A DNA stretch of 63,825 bases, the filler included. It is 7 parts of 7 records of this genome, joined end to end, with 100 filler letters (N's around TTAATTAATTAA, not from the genome) between each part and the next. Parts side by side here need not be neighbours in the genome. Positions count along the whole stretch, not along the records: positions 1 to 14,023 come from DRR723986_10882; positions 14,124 to 24,638 come from DRR723986_10884; 5 more parts are not named here. One strand, written 5' to 3'. Of this stretch, positions 9,773 through 20,210 are shown one piece after another. Position 1 is the first letter of the stretch; each line of letters begins with the position of its first letter. The notes under the pieces are model-generated. The model saw only the letters and a list, made by a program, of their open reading frames with translations. It ran no database searches and was not told where the DNA came from. A program made the position numbers and the translations under genes.

Positions 9773-10057
9773 CTAATGACAACAACTCTCAGTCCCTCCG
9801 CTCGAACCGCGTGAGACCGGTGGCACAGGTGCGTAAGTCGAATCTGAAACAGGCCGCGACTGGTATTCAATCGGGTCGCTTTCTGAATCGTCGTACTGAA
9901 TTCGTGCGGCGGCCTGCACGAAGTAAGCGTCCTTCGCCTGCTGTCTGACGGTTTCCTGCTTTCGCCACGGTGGCGATGAACAACCACTGGCACTCAAAAC
10001 GAGAACTGTGACGAGAACGACTCCGGTGTGGAGTGATGGAAATGACATAACTGACAT
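9773..10057 (-). CDS. Small lipoprotein ending in Cys-Cys-His
   Basis: Hydrophobic signal plus lipobox ASGC; C-terminus GGTESCCH; co-directional with cusA; start uncertain. Confidence 0.6.
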   Translation of the reverse strand: MSVMSFPSLHTGVVLVTVLVLSASGCSSPPWRKQETVRQQAKDAYFVQAAARIQYDDSESDPIEYQSRPVSDSTYAPVPPVSRGSSGGTESCCH

Positions 10058-10176
10058 CCTTAGTCGTTTGTCGTGAAAAAAGGGCAGGGACGGCGTGATG
10101 CTTCGTCACACTCAAAGCGTGAGTCCACAGGACACCGCCCCCGCGAATCGTTCGACGGATAACCCGTCGTCTCTCG

Positions 10177-11604
10177 TTACCGGATCACCGGCACGTTGAC
10201 TCCTTGCTGAGCGAGAGCCGTGAGATACTTCTGCGGTTCGGCAGCGATCTTCTTGGCACAACCGGGGCAACAGATGTAGATCGCCTTACCGGCCGCGTTG
10301 ACTTTGTAAGGTCCGCCCATTGCATCAAGCGGCTCGTCCATGACGGGACACTTCTTTTGAGCAGCGACAAATGGGGCGTCGGCTGATGAGACTTTGAAAA
10401 CACCCGGTCGAACCTGATCGGTTCCGGCTGGAACGACTGCCGCTGTTTTCTGCGTTTGCAGAGCAGGTGGATTCACGCCCTGTCGAGCCAGCACGTCGAG
10501 ATACCTTTGTGGCTCGGCAGCGATCTTCTTCGCACAACCGGGGCAGCAAATGTAGATCGCCTTCCCGTTGGCGTTCACACGATAAGGTCCGCCCATCGCG
10601 TTGAGCGGCTCGTCCATCACGGGACATTTTTTTTGAGCGGCGATGAACGGAGCATCGGCGGCGGTAACTTTGAAGACACCGGGGCGGGCTTGTTCGCCGG
10701 ATGCCACTATCGCACTACTTCGAGGTTGGTTGCCGTGAACCATCGCCAAGTACTTCGCTGGTTCGGCTTGAACCTTCTTTATGCAGCCCTTGCAGCAAAG
10801 ATAGATGGGCTTATCTCCAACCATGACTTTGATTGGTGTTCCCATGCCGCCAAGAGGTTCGTCCATGACCGGGCAGACTTTTTGAGCCGCGATCGCGGCG
10901 GCATCGGCTGCGGTCGACGTTGTGACGGTAATCTCAGGCCGTCCCGCTGCATACTTCGCAGGGTTTGACTTGATGGTATTCACACAACCGCCGCAGCAGG
11001 CGTAGACGGTCTGTCCGTTGATATCTACAGCGACCGGCGGTCCCATGCTGCCAAGTGGCTTGCCACTGACGGGACAAATCTTTTGACGTGCAATTGCCGC
11101 AGCCGCAAGCTGTTGTTCGCTGGCCGGGACAGTAGCGACTTCCGAAAGCTCCAGTGGACGACTGCCTGTTCCGGGCAGACCGACAAGCTGCATTTCGACT
11201 TCAATCTGTCGTCCCGCAATTTGCGACAGGTTAACGGGAGCCGTCAATGCTCCCTTTCCGTTGGGCAACAAGTCATAGCGATAACGCTTGGCATTGCCTT
11301 CGATACGTAATGAGGCCGCACCGCGACCTCGCTCAACGGAAATCGGCTGACCGCTGCGGTCAAATACGAACATTTTGATTCCGCCTTGCGAAACAACGGT
11401 CTCAAACTGAAGTCCATCGGACTGTCTGATGGTGCCGCCGTTTGGTCCACGTTGCGGAGCCGACTGTTGATTCGGCCCTCTGCTATCTGGCATCGCGTGC
11501 TGGTGGCCGTGGGCTTCGTGCTGCGATTGAGCGTTGACAATGACAGGTGCAGTAGCAACCAGCATCCATGCCAGTGCAAGCTGTTTGATCGAGTGAATTT
11601 TCAT
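10177..11604 (-). CDS. Exported protein with His-rich N-terminus and four YHS/TRASH-like repeats (CPV...MG.P...YxCCxGC)
   Basis: Signal peptide, QHEAHGHQH, GPNGG segment, four copies of QKxCPVxxxPL..MG.P..V...YxCCxGC. Confidence 0.8.
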   Translation of the reverse strand: MKIHSIKQLALAWMLVATAPVIVNAQSQHEAHGHQHAMPDSRGPNQQSAPQRGPNGGTIRQSDGLQFETVVSQGGIKMFVFDRSGQPISVERGRGAASLRIEGNAKRYRYDLLPNGKGALTAPVNLSQIAGRQIEVEMQLVGLPGTGSRPLELSEVATVPASEQQLAAAAIARQKICPVSGKPLGSMGPPVAVDINGQTVYACCGGCVNTIKSNPAKYAAGRPEITVTTSTAADAAAIAAQKVCPVMDEPLGGMGTPIKVMVGDKPIYLCCKGCIKKVQAEPAKYLAMVHGNQPRSSAIVASGEQARPGVFKVTAADAPFIAAQKKCPVMDEPLNAMGGPYRVNANGKAIYICCPGCAKKIAAEPQRYLDVLARQGVNPPALQTQKTAAVVPAGTDQVRPGVFKVSSADAPFVAAQKKCPVMDEPLDAMGGPYKVNAAGKAIYICCPGCAKKIAAEPQKYLTALAQQGVNVPVIR

Positions 11605-11704
11605 CCTTGCTCTCCTGGTAAAGATTGGGGTGTATGTGTTCCAAGGGCCTCTGAGACACTTGGATGCTTGAAGAAACGATTCCTTCACGAACAGTTCAGT
11701 TTTT

Positions 11705-14023
11705 TTAAGCTGCATTCATGAGTTCCTCCTCCTGCGTTGCAGGCGTCTCTTCGGTGCCTTCCCACAACGGATCGCTAAATCCGAAACGCATCTTCGTTTC
11801 CAAGTAAGCGGAATAGAGCGTGGGGACGATGAACGACGTAAATGGTTCCGCCAGCATTCCACCAAAGACCGGAATAGCCATCGCGCGAGCGACATCGGCT
11901 CCGCGTCCAGTGGCAATCAACACGGGAACGAGTGCGGCCAGAGTCGTGACCGTGGTCATCACGCACGGTCGAATCCGTTTGAGTCCGGCGTCGTAAACCG
12001 TGTTACGAATGTCCTCTACGTTGCTGACTCTGCGTCGCTTTAGCGATTGGTGGATGTAGGTTGCCATGACAACGCCATCATCCACGGCCAATCCAAACAA
12101 TGCGATGAATCCGACCCAGACGGCGGTATTTAGTTCGACTTCCATCCACGCGACTAACACCATTCCTCCGGCGAAAGCCACAGGAATGCCGCTAAAGACT
12201 GCCATCGAGATCGGCAGGTTGCGAAACTCGAAGTAAATCAGCAGCAGGTTGATCAGAATGACCACTGGGATAATCCACATCAGCCTCGTGTTGGCTTCGA
12301 TCTGATTCCGAAAGCTGCCGACGGCTTCGAGTGAATATCCAGCGGGCAAAGCCAGTCGCTCGGGATCGGACGGCGGTAATAGTTGTGCTTCGCGAAGCTG
12401 TTTTTCAATCGCCGTGACAGACTCCAAATCGCCCTTGGCCCCATTAGTCATGAACGACACATGAGCCACCAAGCGACCATTCTCGCTATTAATTGCTCCC
12501 GGCCCCCAAGTGGTGTCTAACTTGGCAAGCTCTTCAAGCGGCACGACAGCTCCACTGTGAGTCACCACAGGCAATCGGCTGAGCTGGTCAATGCGTTCTC
12601 GCAAGTCTCGGTTGTACCGCAGTCGTACCGGATAGCGCTCCCGACCTTCGACCGTCTTGATAAGGTTCATACCGCCAAGTGCCGTTTCAATCACTTGATT
12701 GACCATTGAAGCACTCATGCCGTAACGTGATGCGGCTTCGCGATTGACCGTGAATTCGATGTATGGCTTGCCCAATACGATATCGGGATTGACGGTCCCG
12801 GAATTGACCAACGGCGAAGTCTTTAGCGTCGCTGCGACATCCATTGCGGCATCGGCCAGCGTGTCCAGCTTGTCGCCGTAAACGCGAATGGCCATCGGAG
12901 CCTTGATGCCCGATTGCAGCATCACGACTCGCCCTTCAATCGGTTGCAAGGCACTCGCTGGTGTTACACCAGGAAGTGTGGCGACTCTGTTAATCTCGTC
13001 CCAAACATCGCGCGCAGTCACTCCTTCACGCCACTCGCTCTCTGGCTTGAGCATGATGTAGGTTTCGACCATCGCAGCCGGTGCCGGATCAAGAGCCGAT
13101 TCAACTCGTCCGATTTTTCCGAGCACATCTTTGACTTCTGGAATCTGGCCTATTAGCACATCCTGTGTCTGCAAGACCTGCATTGCCTGTGAAAAGCTGG
13201 CAGCGGGATACAGCGTTGGCATGTAGAACCAACTGCCTTCATCTAGTGCAATCCAGTCATCGCTTTGAAGTCCAGTAAAAACGTGCTTGGCATCGACGTA
13301 GCCCGGAAACTGGTTGAGATCAGCTCCGAAGACGTTGGCGACTTTCTCCACCGGTCGCAGTATCGTCGGCATTCCAATCCATGCTCCCAAACCGATAACC
13401 AAGAGCATCGCCGGAAACGAGAGTGCAAAGACTTTATGATTGAGTGCCTGTCGAAGCCGAGCGGCGTACAGCCAGCGAACGAAACGGCTGCTTGGAATTT
13501 CTTCGATGGGGCGAATGCGTTCCCGCAACAGTTGCCATGCAAAAACGAACCCAACCAGTGTGGCACCGACCGTGACGACCCATGCGTCGATCCCAAAATG
13601 TTCGGCAAGCCGTGCGCCCCACATGAAGTGAGCGGCTGCTCCGAGCAATCCGGCAAACCCCATACCCGCCACCAGTGCGGTTCGCTTCCGATACTTTGCA
13701 CTTCGAAGCATCAACCGTGACATCGCGGGAACGATTGTTACAGCAGTAATCATCGCGGCCGCGATTGCGAATGTCTTGGTGTAGGCTAGCGGCGAGAAGA
13801 GACGATAGTCACGCCCCGTGAGAAAAAAGACAGGCAAGAAGCTGACGATGGTCGTTGCAACTGCCGTGACCACCGCCGGTGCAACTTCGATCGTAGCTTC
13901 GTAGACGACCTCAACCCGGCTCTTACGATTCTCAGCATTCAATGCGTCCGCGTCAGCCTGCTTCGTCTCCCACTCGGCCAAGTGCTGATAGATGTTCTCG
14001 GAAACGATGATTCCCATATCGAC
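11705..14023 (-). CDS. cusA: CusA/CzcA heavy-metal RND efflux permease (5' part missing at contig end)
   Basis: DPAPAAMVET, VEGRERYPVRLRY, AVWVGFIALFGLAVDDGVVM, RIRPCVMT. Confidence 0.92.
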   Translation of the reverse strand, partial: VDMGIIVSENIYQHLAEWETKQADADALNAENRKSRVEVVYEATIEVAPAVVTAVATTIVSFLPVFFLTGRDYRLFSPLAYTKTFAIAAAMITAVTIVPAMSRLMLRSAKYRKRTALVAGMGFAGLLGAAAHFMWGARLAEHFGIDAWVVTVGATLVGFVFAWQLLRERIRPIEEIPSSRFVRWLYAARLRQALNHKVFALSFPAMLLVIGLGAWIGMPTILRPVEKVANVFGADLNQFPGYVDAKHVFTGLQSDDWIALDEGSWFYMPTLYPAASFSQAMQVLQTQDVLIGQIPEVKDVLGKIGRVESALDPAPAAMVETYIMLKPESEWREGVTARDVWDEINRVATLPGVTPASALQPIEGRVVMLQSGIKAPMAIRVYGDKLDTLADAAMDVAATLKTSPLVNSGTVNPDIVLGKPYIEFTVNREAASRYGMSASMVNQVIETALGGMNLIKTVEGRERYPVRLRYNRDLRERIDQLSRLPVVTHSGAVVPLEELAKLDTTWGPGAINSENGRLVAHVSFMTNGAKGDLESVTAIEKQLREAQLLPPSDPERLALPAGYSLEAVGSFRNQIEANTRLMWIIPVVILINLLLIYFEFRNLPISMAVFSGIPVAFAGGMVLVAWMEVELNTAVWVGFIALFGLAVDDGVVMATYIHQSLKRRRVSNVEDIRNTVYDAGLKRIRPCVMTTVTTLAALVPVLIATGRGADVARAMAIPVFGGMLAEPFTSFIVPTLYSAYLETKMRFGFSDPLWEGTEETPATQEEELMNAA

Positions 14024-14123
14024 NNNNNNNNNNNNNNNNNNNNNNNNNNNNNNNNNNNNNNNNNNNNTTAATTAATTAANNNNNNNNNNNNNNNNNNNNN
14101 NNNNNNNNNNNNNNNNNNNNNNN
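14024..14123. other. Artificial contig linker (N44-TTAATTAATTAA-N44)
   Basis: N-runs around an all-frame stop cassette; identical linkers at 24639, 30192, 43746, 52306 and 57867. Confidence 0.98.
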
Positions 14124-14124
14124 C

Positions 14125-14289
14125 GTCATTGCCTCGGGCGGTGTCGGCAATCTGGACCACCTGGTGGAAGGTATCCTGCAGGGCGGTGCGGATGCCGTGC
14201 TGGCGGCGAGTATTTTTCACTTCGGCGAGTACACGGTGCCGGAGGCCAAGGCCTACATGGCCAGCCACGGAATAGAAGTCAGGCTCTAG
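14125..14289 (+). CDS. hisF: Imidazole glycerol phosphate synthase cyclase subunit, 3' fragment
   Basis: [54 protein letters not shown]. Confidence 0.92.
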   Translation, partial: VIASGGVGNLDHLVEGILQGGADAVLAASIFHFGEYTVPEAKAYMASHGIEVRL

Positions 14290-15113
14290 CGCCCGGCTTG
14301 CAGTGCCGCGCCCGGTTCCGGGCATTCAGCCCGGCCCCCCGCGCTGACCATCTCCGAGGCCCAGGCCAGGTGAATGCCCTGCTGCGGCAGGGTCGGCAGC
14401 GCCTGCTGCAGGAAGGCGATTGTTTCCGGGTACGGGTGGCCGATTGCCACCGCCAGCCCTCGTGTTTTCGCCTCCTTGACCGCCTGCTCAAACTGCACAG
14501 CGATCGCCGCTGCGCTGGGCTCGTTGTCGAGGAAAACCTTGCGCGACAGGTGCGGGATCTGGTGCTCGCGGGCGGTGTTTGCGGCGACGGTTTCCGCAGT
14601 GGTGCGTGAATCAATGAAGTACAGGTCACGCGCCCCGAGTTCGTCCATCAGCCAGCCCATCTGCAGTGAGTGGCGGGTGAGTTCGCTTCCCATGTGATTG
14701 TTCACGCCGCGTACATACGGCACCTGCCCCAGTTGCATCGCCAGGGCCGCGCGGAATTCCTGCTCCTGCAATTCGGTGCTCAGGCCCGCCTTGCCCAGGG
14801 GCCGACTGTCGCCCTGGTTGCTCATCGGTGCGTGCAGCATGATTTCCTTGCCGGCCAGATGACCCAGGCGTGCCAGCGCAGCGCCGTGTGGGGTGAAGGG
14901 CAAGACCGCGAGAGTCAGGCGTCCGGGCAGGCGCGCAGTGGCCAGGCCGGCCTCACGGCGGTGTCCGATGTCATCGATGATGATGACCAGCGTCGCCTCG
15001 CCGGCGCGGGAAGGGTCAGGGATGACCGCCGGGCAATCGAATGCCGGCCCCGGTGCGCCCCGGGCGGTCAGCGCCAGGGCGGCCAGTAGCAGGGCCGCCA
15101 GTCCGCGAGCCAT
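14286..15113 (-). CDS. Divergent polysaccharide deacetylase family protein (YibQ-like)
   Basis: [37 protein letters not shown]. Confidence 0.9.
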   Translation of the reverse strand: MARGLAALLLAALALTARGAPGPAFDCPAVIPDPSRAGEATLVIIIDDIGHRREAGLATARLPGRLTLAVLPFTPHGAALARLGHLAGKEIMLHAPMSNQGDSRPLGKAGLSTELQEQEFRAALAMQLGQVPYVRGVNNHMGSELTRHSLQMGWLMDELGARDLYFIDSRTTAETVAANTAREHQIPHLSRKVFLDNEPSAAAIAVQFEQAVKEAKTRGLAVAIGHPYPETIAFLQQALPTLPQQGIHLAWASEMVSAGGRAECPEPGAALQAGR

Positions 15114-15117
15114 GCGC

Positions 15118-16437
15118 TCAGGGTTCGGCTGGGGTGGCCGGTGGCTGGCGGTCGGCGTTACGGTCGCGGTAACCCAGGACATTGATGCCTTTGAGCAGGG
15201 TCAGCGCCTCGTACAGCTGGTTATCCGTGGACAGCAGGCCACTGGAGGCGCCACGGGTATCTCGGGTCCGCCCATTGCCGTTGCCGAGGTGACCCGACAG
15301 ATCGGCTTCGGTGACCCTGCCCGCCTCGGAGAAGGTGGTGACCTTGGCTCGATCAACGAAGATGTCTGGCTCGATACCTTCCGCCTGGATGGAGCGCCCA
15401 TTCGGTGTGAAGTACAGCGCGGTGGTGAGTTTAACCGCGCGGGATTCGGAAATCGGCAGTACAGTTTGTACCGAACCCTTGCCAAAACTGCTGGTCCCCA
15501 TGATGATTGCCCGGGAATGATCCTGCAGTGCTCCGGCGACGATTTCCGAGGCACTTGCCGAGCCGCCGTTGATCAGGACCACCAGGGGTACGCCCTTGCT
15601 CATGTCCTCGGGGGTGGCCTCGTAGTCGGCATCGGAATTCGCCAGCCGACCCTCGGTGTAGACGACCCGGCCGCCCTCCAGGAACAAGCCCGCCACATCA
15701 ACGCTTGCCCGCAGGACGCCGCCCGGGTTGTTGCGCAGGTCCAGCACCAGGCCCTTGATGGATTCCTTGGCCAGCAGCTTTTCCAGGGACTGCTGTACGT
15801 CCTCGCCGGTGCGGCTCTGGAACTGGGCGATGCGGATGTAGCCGAAGCCTGGCTCGAGCCAGCGCTCGCGCACACTGGCTACCTTGATGGTGTCGCGGAC
15901 CAGGGTCACTTCGAAGGGCTGGCTGTCGCCCGGGCGACCGATGGTCAGCTGGATTTCGGTGCCCTTGGGCCCGCGCATTTTCTCGATTGCCTCGTTCAGG
16001 CTCATTCCTTTTACCGGCACCGTGCCCAGCTTGAGGATGACGTCCCCTGTCTGCAGGCCGGCCTCTGCCGCCGGAGAGCCGTCGATGGGTGCGATGATGG
16101 TGACGAAGCCGTCGTCCATTCCCACTTCCAGCCCCAGTCCGGAAAACTCGCCGGAGGTGGTGGTCTGCAGGTCCTCGAAGGCATCCCGGGTGAGGTAGAC
16201 CGAGTGCGGATCCAGACCCATCAGCATGCCCTGAATTGCATATTCCAGCAGGGTGCTGTCATCGATTTCCTCGACGTAGCCGACACGGATCTGGTTGAAC
16301 ACGTCGGCGAAGGTGCGCAGTTCATCCAGGGGCAGCACGCCCTCTTCCTCGACCGCCTGTGCAGCGGGTCCTGCAGCCAGCGTCGCGCAGGCCAGTACTG
16401 TCGCCACAAGCCGCACGATTCGCCTGAAATACATCAT
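15118..16437 (-). CDS. ctpA: S41 carboxyl-terminal processing protease
   Basis: LDPHS, PDZ domain, DLRNNPGG, SASASEIV, FGKGSVQ. Confidence 0.92.
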   Translation of the reverse strand: MMYFRRIVRLVATVLACATLAAGPAAQAVEEEGVLPLDELRTFADVFNQIRVGYVEEIDDSTLLEYAIQGMLMGLDPHSVYLTRDAFEDLQTTTSGEFSGLGLEVGMDDGFVTIIAPIDGSPAAEAGLQTGDVILKLGTVPVKGMSLNEAIEKMRGPKGTEIQLTIGRPGDSQPFEVTLVRDTIKVASVRERWLEPGFGYIRIAQFQSRTGEDVQQSLEKLLAKESIKGLVLDLRNNPGGVLRASVDVAGLFLEGGRVVYTEGRLANSDADYEATPEDMSKGVPLVVLINGGSASASEIVAGALQDHSRAIIMGTSSFGKGSVQTVLPISESRAVKLTTALYFTPNGRSIQAEGIEPDIFVDRAKVTTFSEAGRVTEADLSGHLGNGNGRTRDTRGASSGLLSTDNQLYEALTLLKGINVLGYRDRNADRQPPATPAEP

Positions 16438-16528
16438 TACTACCGCTCCGCAGCGAGGCCGCTGCTGTCACTTAAACCGGGCTAGTGTAGCGCAATACAG
16501 GGCGTGGTTGGCAGTTGCACGCAGTCCT

Positions 16529-17689
16529 TCACCCTCGGCACCAGGGTGCTGGATCCACCGGTTTGCCCTGGTGGCGGATCTCAAAGTAGAGCGCTGATTG
16601 GTCGAGGCCGCCGCTGTTGCCGACGGTGCTAACCGCGGTGCCGGGTGCTACCCACTCGCCGACTTCGCGCAGCAGGCTCTCATTGTGAGCGTACAGGCTC
16701 ATGTAGCCGTCGCCGTGGTCGACGATCAGCAGCAGCCCGGAACCTCGGAACCAGTCCGCATAGACGACCCGACCGTGGTGAATGGCCCGCACGGTGGTGC
16801 CGGCGGCAGCGGGAATCGTCACCCCCTGCCAGCGCATCTTGCCGGCATTGCGGGCGCGGCCGAAGCGATTGCTGGGCTTGCCGCTGACCGGCCAGCTCAT
16901 CTGCCCGCGGGCTGCGGCAAAGTCCCGGTAGTTGTCGGGGACATCGAGTTCGACCACCGCCTGCTCAATGCGTTGTAACAGGCGCTCCAGGTCTTCGCGG
17001 TCTTTTTCCGCGGCTTGCAGCGCGGCGTCCTGGTCCTGGATGCGGGTGGACAGGGCGGCTACCGCCTGTTCACGGCTCTGGCGAGCGCCGACCAGCTGCT
17101 GCTGGCGCTGCTCCAGTTCATCGCGCTGGCGATCGAGCAGTTCGTTGGTATCCAGAATACGCTCCTGCACGGTGGCCAGTTCCACCAGGGTGTCCCGGTA
17201 GCTGCTGATCAGGGTATTGCGGGCCTCGAAGAAATAGCGGTAGTAGGCCAGGGCGCGGGCGATGGTATGCGGCTCTTCCTGATTGAGCAGTACCTTGACC
17301 TCACCGTCGCGTCCCATCTGCCAGGCGGTTCTCAGCTCCTCGCCGACCCGCGCCTGCTGCTGGTCCCTGGCGGCTTGCAGCGCTGTGCGCCGGTCGTCCA
17401 GTTCCGCCAGTTCCTGTTCGCTGCGCTGCTGTTGTTCGGAGATATCGCGGATGGCCCGCTGGATTCTACCGAGTTCTAGCTCCGCCTCACGCAACTGCTC
17501 GCGGAGCTTGTCCCGGCGGCTGCGATCACTCTGCAGGCTCTTGTTGATCTGGGTGATTTCGCGCTGCAGCGCTTCGAGTTGGGCTCGCGCCTCTTGCTCG
17601 TCCGCCTGGGCAATGAGCACGCCGGGCAGGCACGCCAGCGAGAGGCTCAGCAGTAGCCCCGCGGTGCGCTGGCGCAGCCGGCAGCGCAC
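16529..17689 (-). CDS. envC: Murein hydrolase activator EnvC (coiled coil plus M23 domain)
   Basis: Coiled coil, WQGVTI, IVDHGDGYMSLYAHN, LYFEIR; gpmI-envC-ctpA synteny; start approximate. Confidence 0.88.
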   Translation of the reverse strand: MRCRLRQRTAGLLLSLSLACLPGVLIAQADEQEARAQLEALQREITQINKSLQSDRSRRDKLREQLREAELELGRIQRAIRDISEQQQRSEQELAELDDRRTALQAARDQQQARVGEELRTAWQMGRDGEVKVLLNQEEPHTIARALAYYRYFFEARNTLISSYRDTLVELATVQERILDTNELLDRQRDELEQRQQQLVGARQSREQAVAALSTRIQDQDAALQAAEKDREDLERLLQRIEQAVVELDVPDNYRDFAAARGQMSWPVSGKPSNRFGRARNAGKMRWQGVTIPAAAGTTVRAIHHGRVVYADWFRGSGLLLIVDHGDGYMSLYAHNESLLREVGEWVAPGTAVSTVGNSGGLDQSALYFEIRHQGKPVDPAPWCRG

Positions 17690-17693
17690 TGCT

Positions 17694-19250
17694 CTAGCCG
17701 GCAACGCTGGCCAGGCTGTGGCCGGACATTTCCGCGGGTTGCTCCAGGTCCATAAGCGCCAGCAGGGTGGGGGCGATGTCAGCGAGGACACCGCCCCTGG
17801 GATCGAGGCTGACCGGGCGCTTGCCGATGTAGACCAGCGGCACCTGCTCGGTGGTGTGCTGGGTGTGGTGTTGCCCTGAGGTGTAGTCGAGCATTTGTTC
17901 GCAGTTGCCGTGATCGGCTGTGACCAGGGCCTGGCCGCCGTTCTGCAACAGGGCCTGTTCAACCCGGCCGATGCAGCTGTCCAGCGCCTCGACCGCTTTC
18001 ACTGCGGCCTCGTAAACGCCGGTGTGGCCGACCATGTCCCCGTTGGCATAGTTGCAGACGATCAGGTCGTACTTGCCCGATTCGATCGCGGCGACCAATT
18101 GGTCGGTGAGTTCTGGCGCGCTCATTTCCGGTTTGAGGTCATAGGTGGCGACATCGGGGGAAGGCACCATGATCCGGTCTTCGCCCGGGAACTCCTCTTC
18201 CCGTCCACCACTGAAGAAAAAGGTGACGTGGGCGTATTTCTCCGTTTCGGCGATTCGCAGTTGGGTCCTGCCGCGCTGGGCGAGATAGTCCCCGAGCACA
18301 TTGCTCAGTGAATCCGGCGGGAATGCACAGGCCGCATTGATATCTGCGGCGTACTCGGTGGTCATAACGAAGCTGGCGAGATTGGGGACCAGCTGGCGCT
18401 GAAAGCCGTCAAAGGCCGGCTCGACCAGGGCCCGGGTAAGTTGCCGTGCCCGGTCGGCGCGAAAGTTCATGAACAGCACCGCGTCGCCATCCGCTATGCA
18501 TGCTGCTGCTTCATCTGCGCCGGCAACCACGGTCGGCAGCACAAACTCGTCGTTTTCGTCCCGGGCATAGGCCTGCTCCAGCGCGGCGCCGGCGGTGATC
18601 GCCCGATGCTGGGCCTCACCCTGGGTCAGCAGGCGGTATACCTGCTCAATCCGGTCCCAGCGCTGGTCCCGGTCCATGGCGTAGTAGCGTCCACAGATGC
18701 TCGCCACCCGGCCACAGCCCAGCTCGGCAAACAGGTCTTCCGCCCGCGCCAGGGACGGGGCGGCGCTGCGCGGCGGCGTGTCGCGGCCGTCGAGGAAGGC
18801 GTGCAGGTACACCCGGTTTGCTCCCCGTGCGGCGGCCATTCGCACAGCAGCCAGAATCTGCTCCTCGTGGCTGTGAACGCCGCCAGGTGATAGCAGCCCC
18901 AGCACGTGCACCGCACCGCCGCCTGCGACCGCCCGGTCGATAGCATCGGTGTAAGCGGGGTTGCGGTCGAAGCTGCCGTCGACAATGGCCTGGTCGATCC
19001 GGGTGATGTTCTGGTAGATCACCCGCCCGGCGCCGAGGCTCATGTGGCCCACTTCAGAGTTGCCCATCTGCCCTTCCGGCAAGCCCACGTCCAGGCCGGA
19101 GCCGGACACCAGGGTGTGTGGCGCTTCCCGCCAAAGGCGATCCCAGACCGGCGTGTTCCCGCCCGCGATCGCGTTGTCGCGCCGCTCCTCGCGATGGCCC
19201 CAGCCGTCGAGAACTATCAGGACGGTGGTCTGCTTGCGGGTCTCACTCAT
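17694..19250 (-). CDS. gpmI: 2,3-bisphosphoglycerate-independent phosphoglycerate mutase
   Basis: [33 protein letters not shown]. Confidence 0.97.
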   Translation of the reverse strand: MSETRKQTTVLIVLDGWGHREERRDNAIAGGNTPVWDRLWREAPHTLVSGSGLDVGLPEGQMGNSEVGHMSLGAGRVIYQNITRIDQAIVDGSFDRNPAYTDAIDRAVAGGGAVHVLGLLSPGGVHSHEEQILAAVRMAAARGANRVYLHAFLDGRDTPPRSAAPSLARAEDLFAELGCGRVASICGRYYAMDRDQRWDRIEQVYRLLTQGEAQHRAITAGAALEQAYARDENDEFVLPTVVAGADEAAACIADGDAVLFMNFRADRARQLTRALVEPAFDGFQRQLVPNLASFVMTTEYAADINAACAFPPDSLSNVLGDYLAQRGRTQLRIAETEKYAHVTFFFSGGREEEFPGEDRIMVPSPDVATYDLKPEMSAPELTDQLVAAIESGKYDLIVCNYANGDMVGHTGVYEAAVKAVEALDSCIGRVEQALLQNGGQALVTADHGNCEQMLDYTSGQHHTQHTTEQVPLVYIGKRPVSLDPRGGVLADIAPTLLALMDLEQPAEMSGHSLASVAG

Positions 19251-19478
19251 GTCAGCTTCCGTATCGGGTGGTCAGGGGAATGGCGGTGGTGAAGGTCGGC
19301 ATTTTACCCGGTATCCCGGTCGCTGGCACGGTGGACTGTCGCCGGGCGCAGTGCGGCCGCGGGGCTGGAGCAGGAAATGCCGAGCCTGTATACTTGGCGC
19401 CCTTTTGACCAGCCACCGAAGTCAGCGGCATGTGCTCGCAGCGACCCGGCCGGCCTGGATTTGGACAAAACACTGACC

Positions 19479-19892
19479 ATGGCCCTATTGATCGAGTTCC
19501 TTGCCCAGCAATGGATCCTGGTGGCAGCACTGCTTGCCGCTGTTGGTATGCTGATTTTCCACGAGGCCCGCAAATCCGGGCCGTCGTTGTCGCCCCAGCA
19601 GGCGATCAACCTGATAAATGCCGAGCAGGGCGTCTTCGTCGACCTGCGTGACGCCGGCGATTTCAAGCAGGGCCACATTGTGGAAGCAGTGCACATCCCG
19701 GCGGCGAAACTGTCGGACCGCATCAACGAGCTGGAAAAGTACCGCGACAAACCGGTGGTGCTGGTCTGTAAGATGGGTCAGCAGGCGGGGGTTGCCGGCA
19801 AACAGCTCAAGGCGGCGGGCTTCGGCAAGGTGTACAAGATGGCGGGTGGCATGCTCGAGTGGGGCAACCTGCAATTGCCGACCGTGCGCTGA
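19479..19892 (+). CDS. Rhodanese-like membrane protein (YibN-like)
   Basis: N-terminal TM, DLRDAGDFKQGHI; yibN-grxC-secB order. Confidence 0.88.
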   Translation: MALLIEFLAQQWILVAALLAAVGMLIFHEARKSGPSLSPQQAINLINAEQGVFVDLRDAGDFKQGHIVEAVHIPAAKLSDRINELEKYRDKPVVLVCKMGQQAGVAGKQLKAAGFGKVYKMAGGMLEWGNLQLPTVR

Positions 19893-19906
19893 GGTCCCGC
19901 CTAGCC

Positions 19907-20170
19907 ATGCCTGCCCAGGTCAAGATGTATACCACTCGCTTCTGCCCCTACTGCATCCGTGCGCGGATGCTGCTGGACAGCAAGAATGTGGCCTATACCG
20001 ACATCGCGGTTGATGCGGAGCCACAACTGCGTCGGGAAATGATGGATCTCAGCGGCCGGCACACGGTGCCGCAGATCTGGATCGACGAGCTTCATGTCGG
20101 TGGTTACGACGACCTCGCCCTGCTGGAGCGGCAGGGCCGGCTGGACAAATTACTGAAACTGGCGTCCTGA
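19907..20170 (+). CDS. grxC: Glutaredoxin 3
   Basis: CPYC, TVPQIWI, GGYDD. Confidence 0.95.
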   Translation: MPAQVKMYTTRFCPYCIRARMLLDSKNVAYTDIAVDAEPQLRREMMDLSGRHTVPQIWIDELHVGGYDDLALLERQGRLDKLLKLAS

Positions 20171-20210
20171 ACGTCTCACCTATTCATAGCAATTATTGGA
20201 GGACGGCTTC

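Noticed and set aside
14893..16485. 530-aa plus-strand ORF and similar long overlapping ORFs (28345-29442, 52677-53894, 55986-57107)
   Set aside because: Antisense shadows of well-supported high-GC genes (ctpA, pepA, kinase/fliM, methyltransferase).
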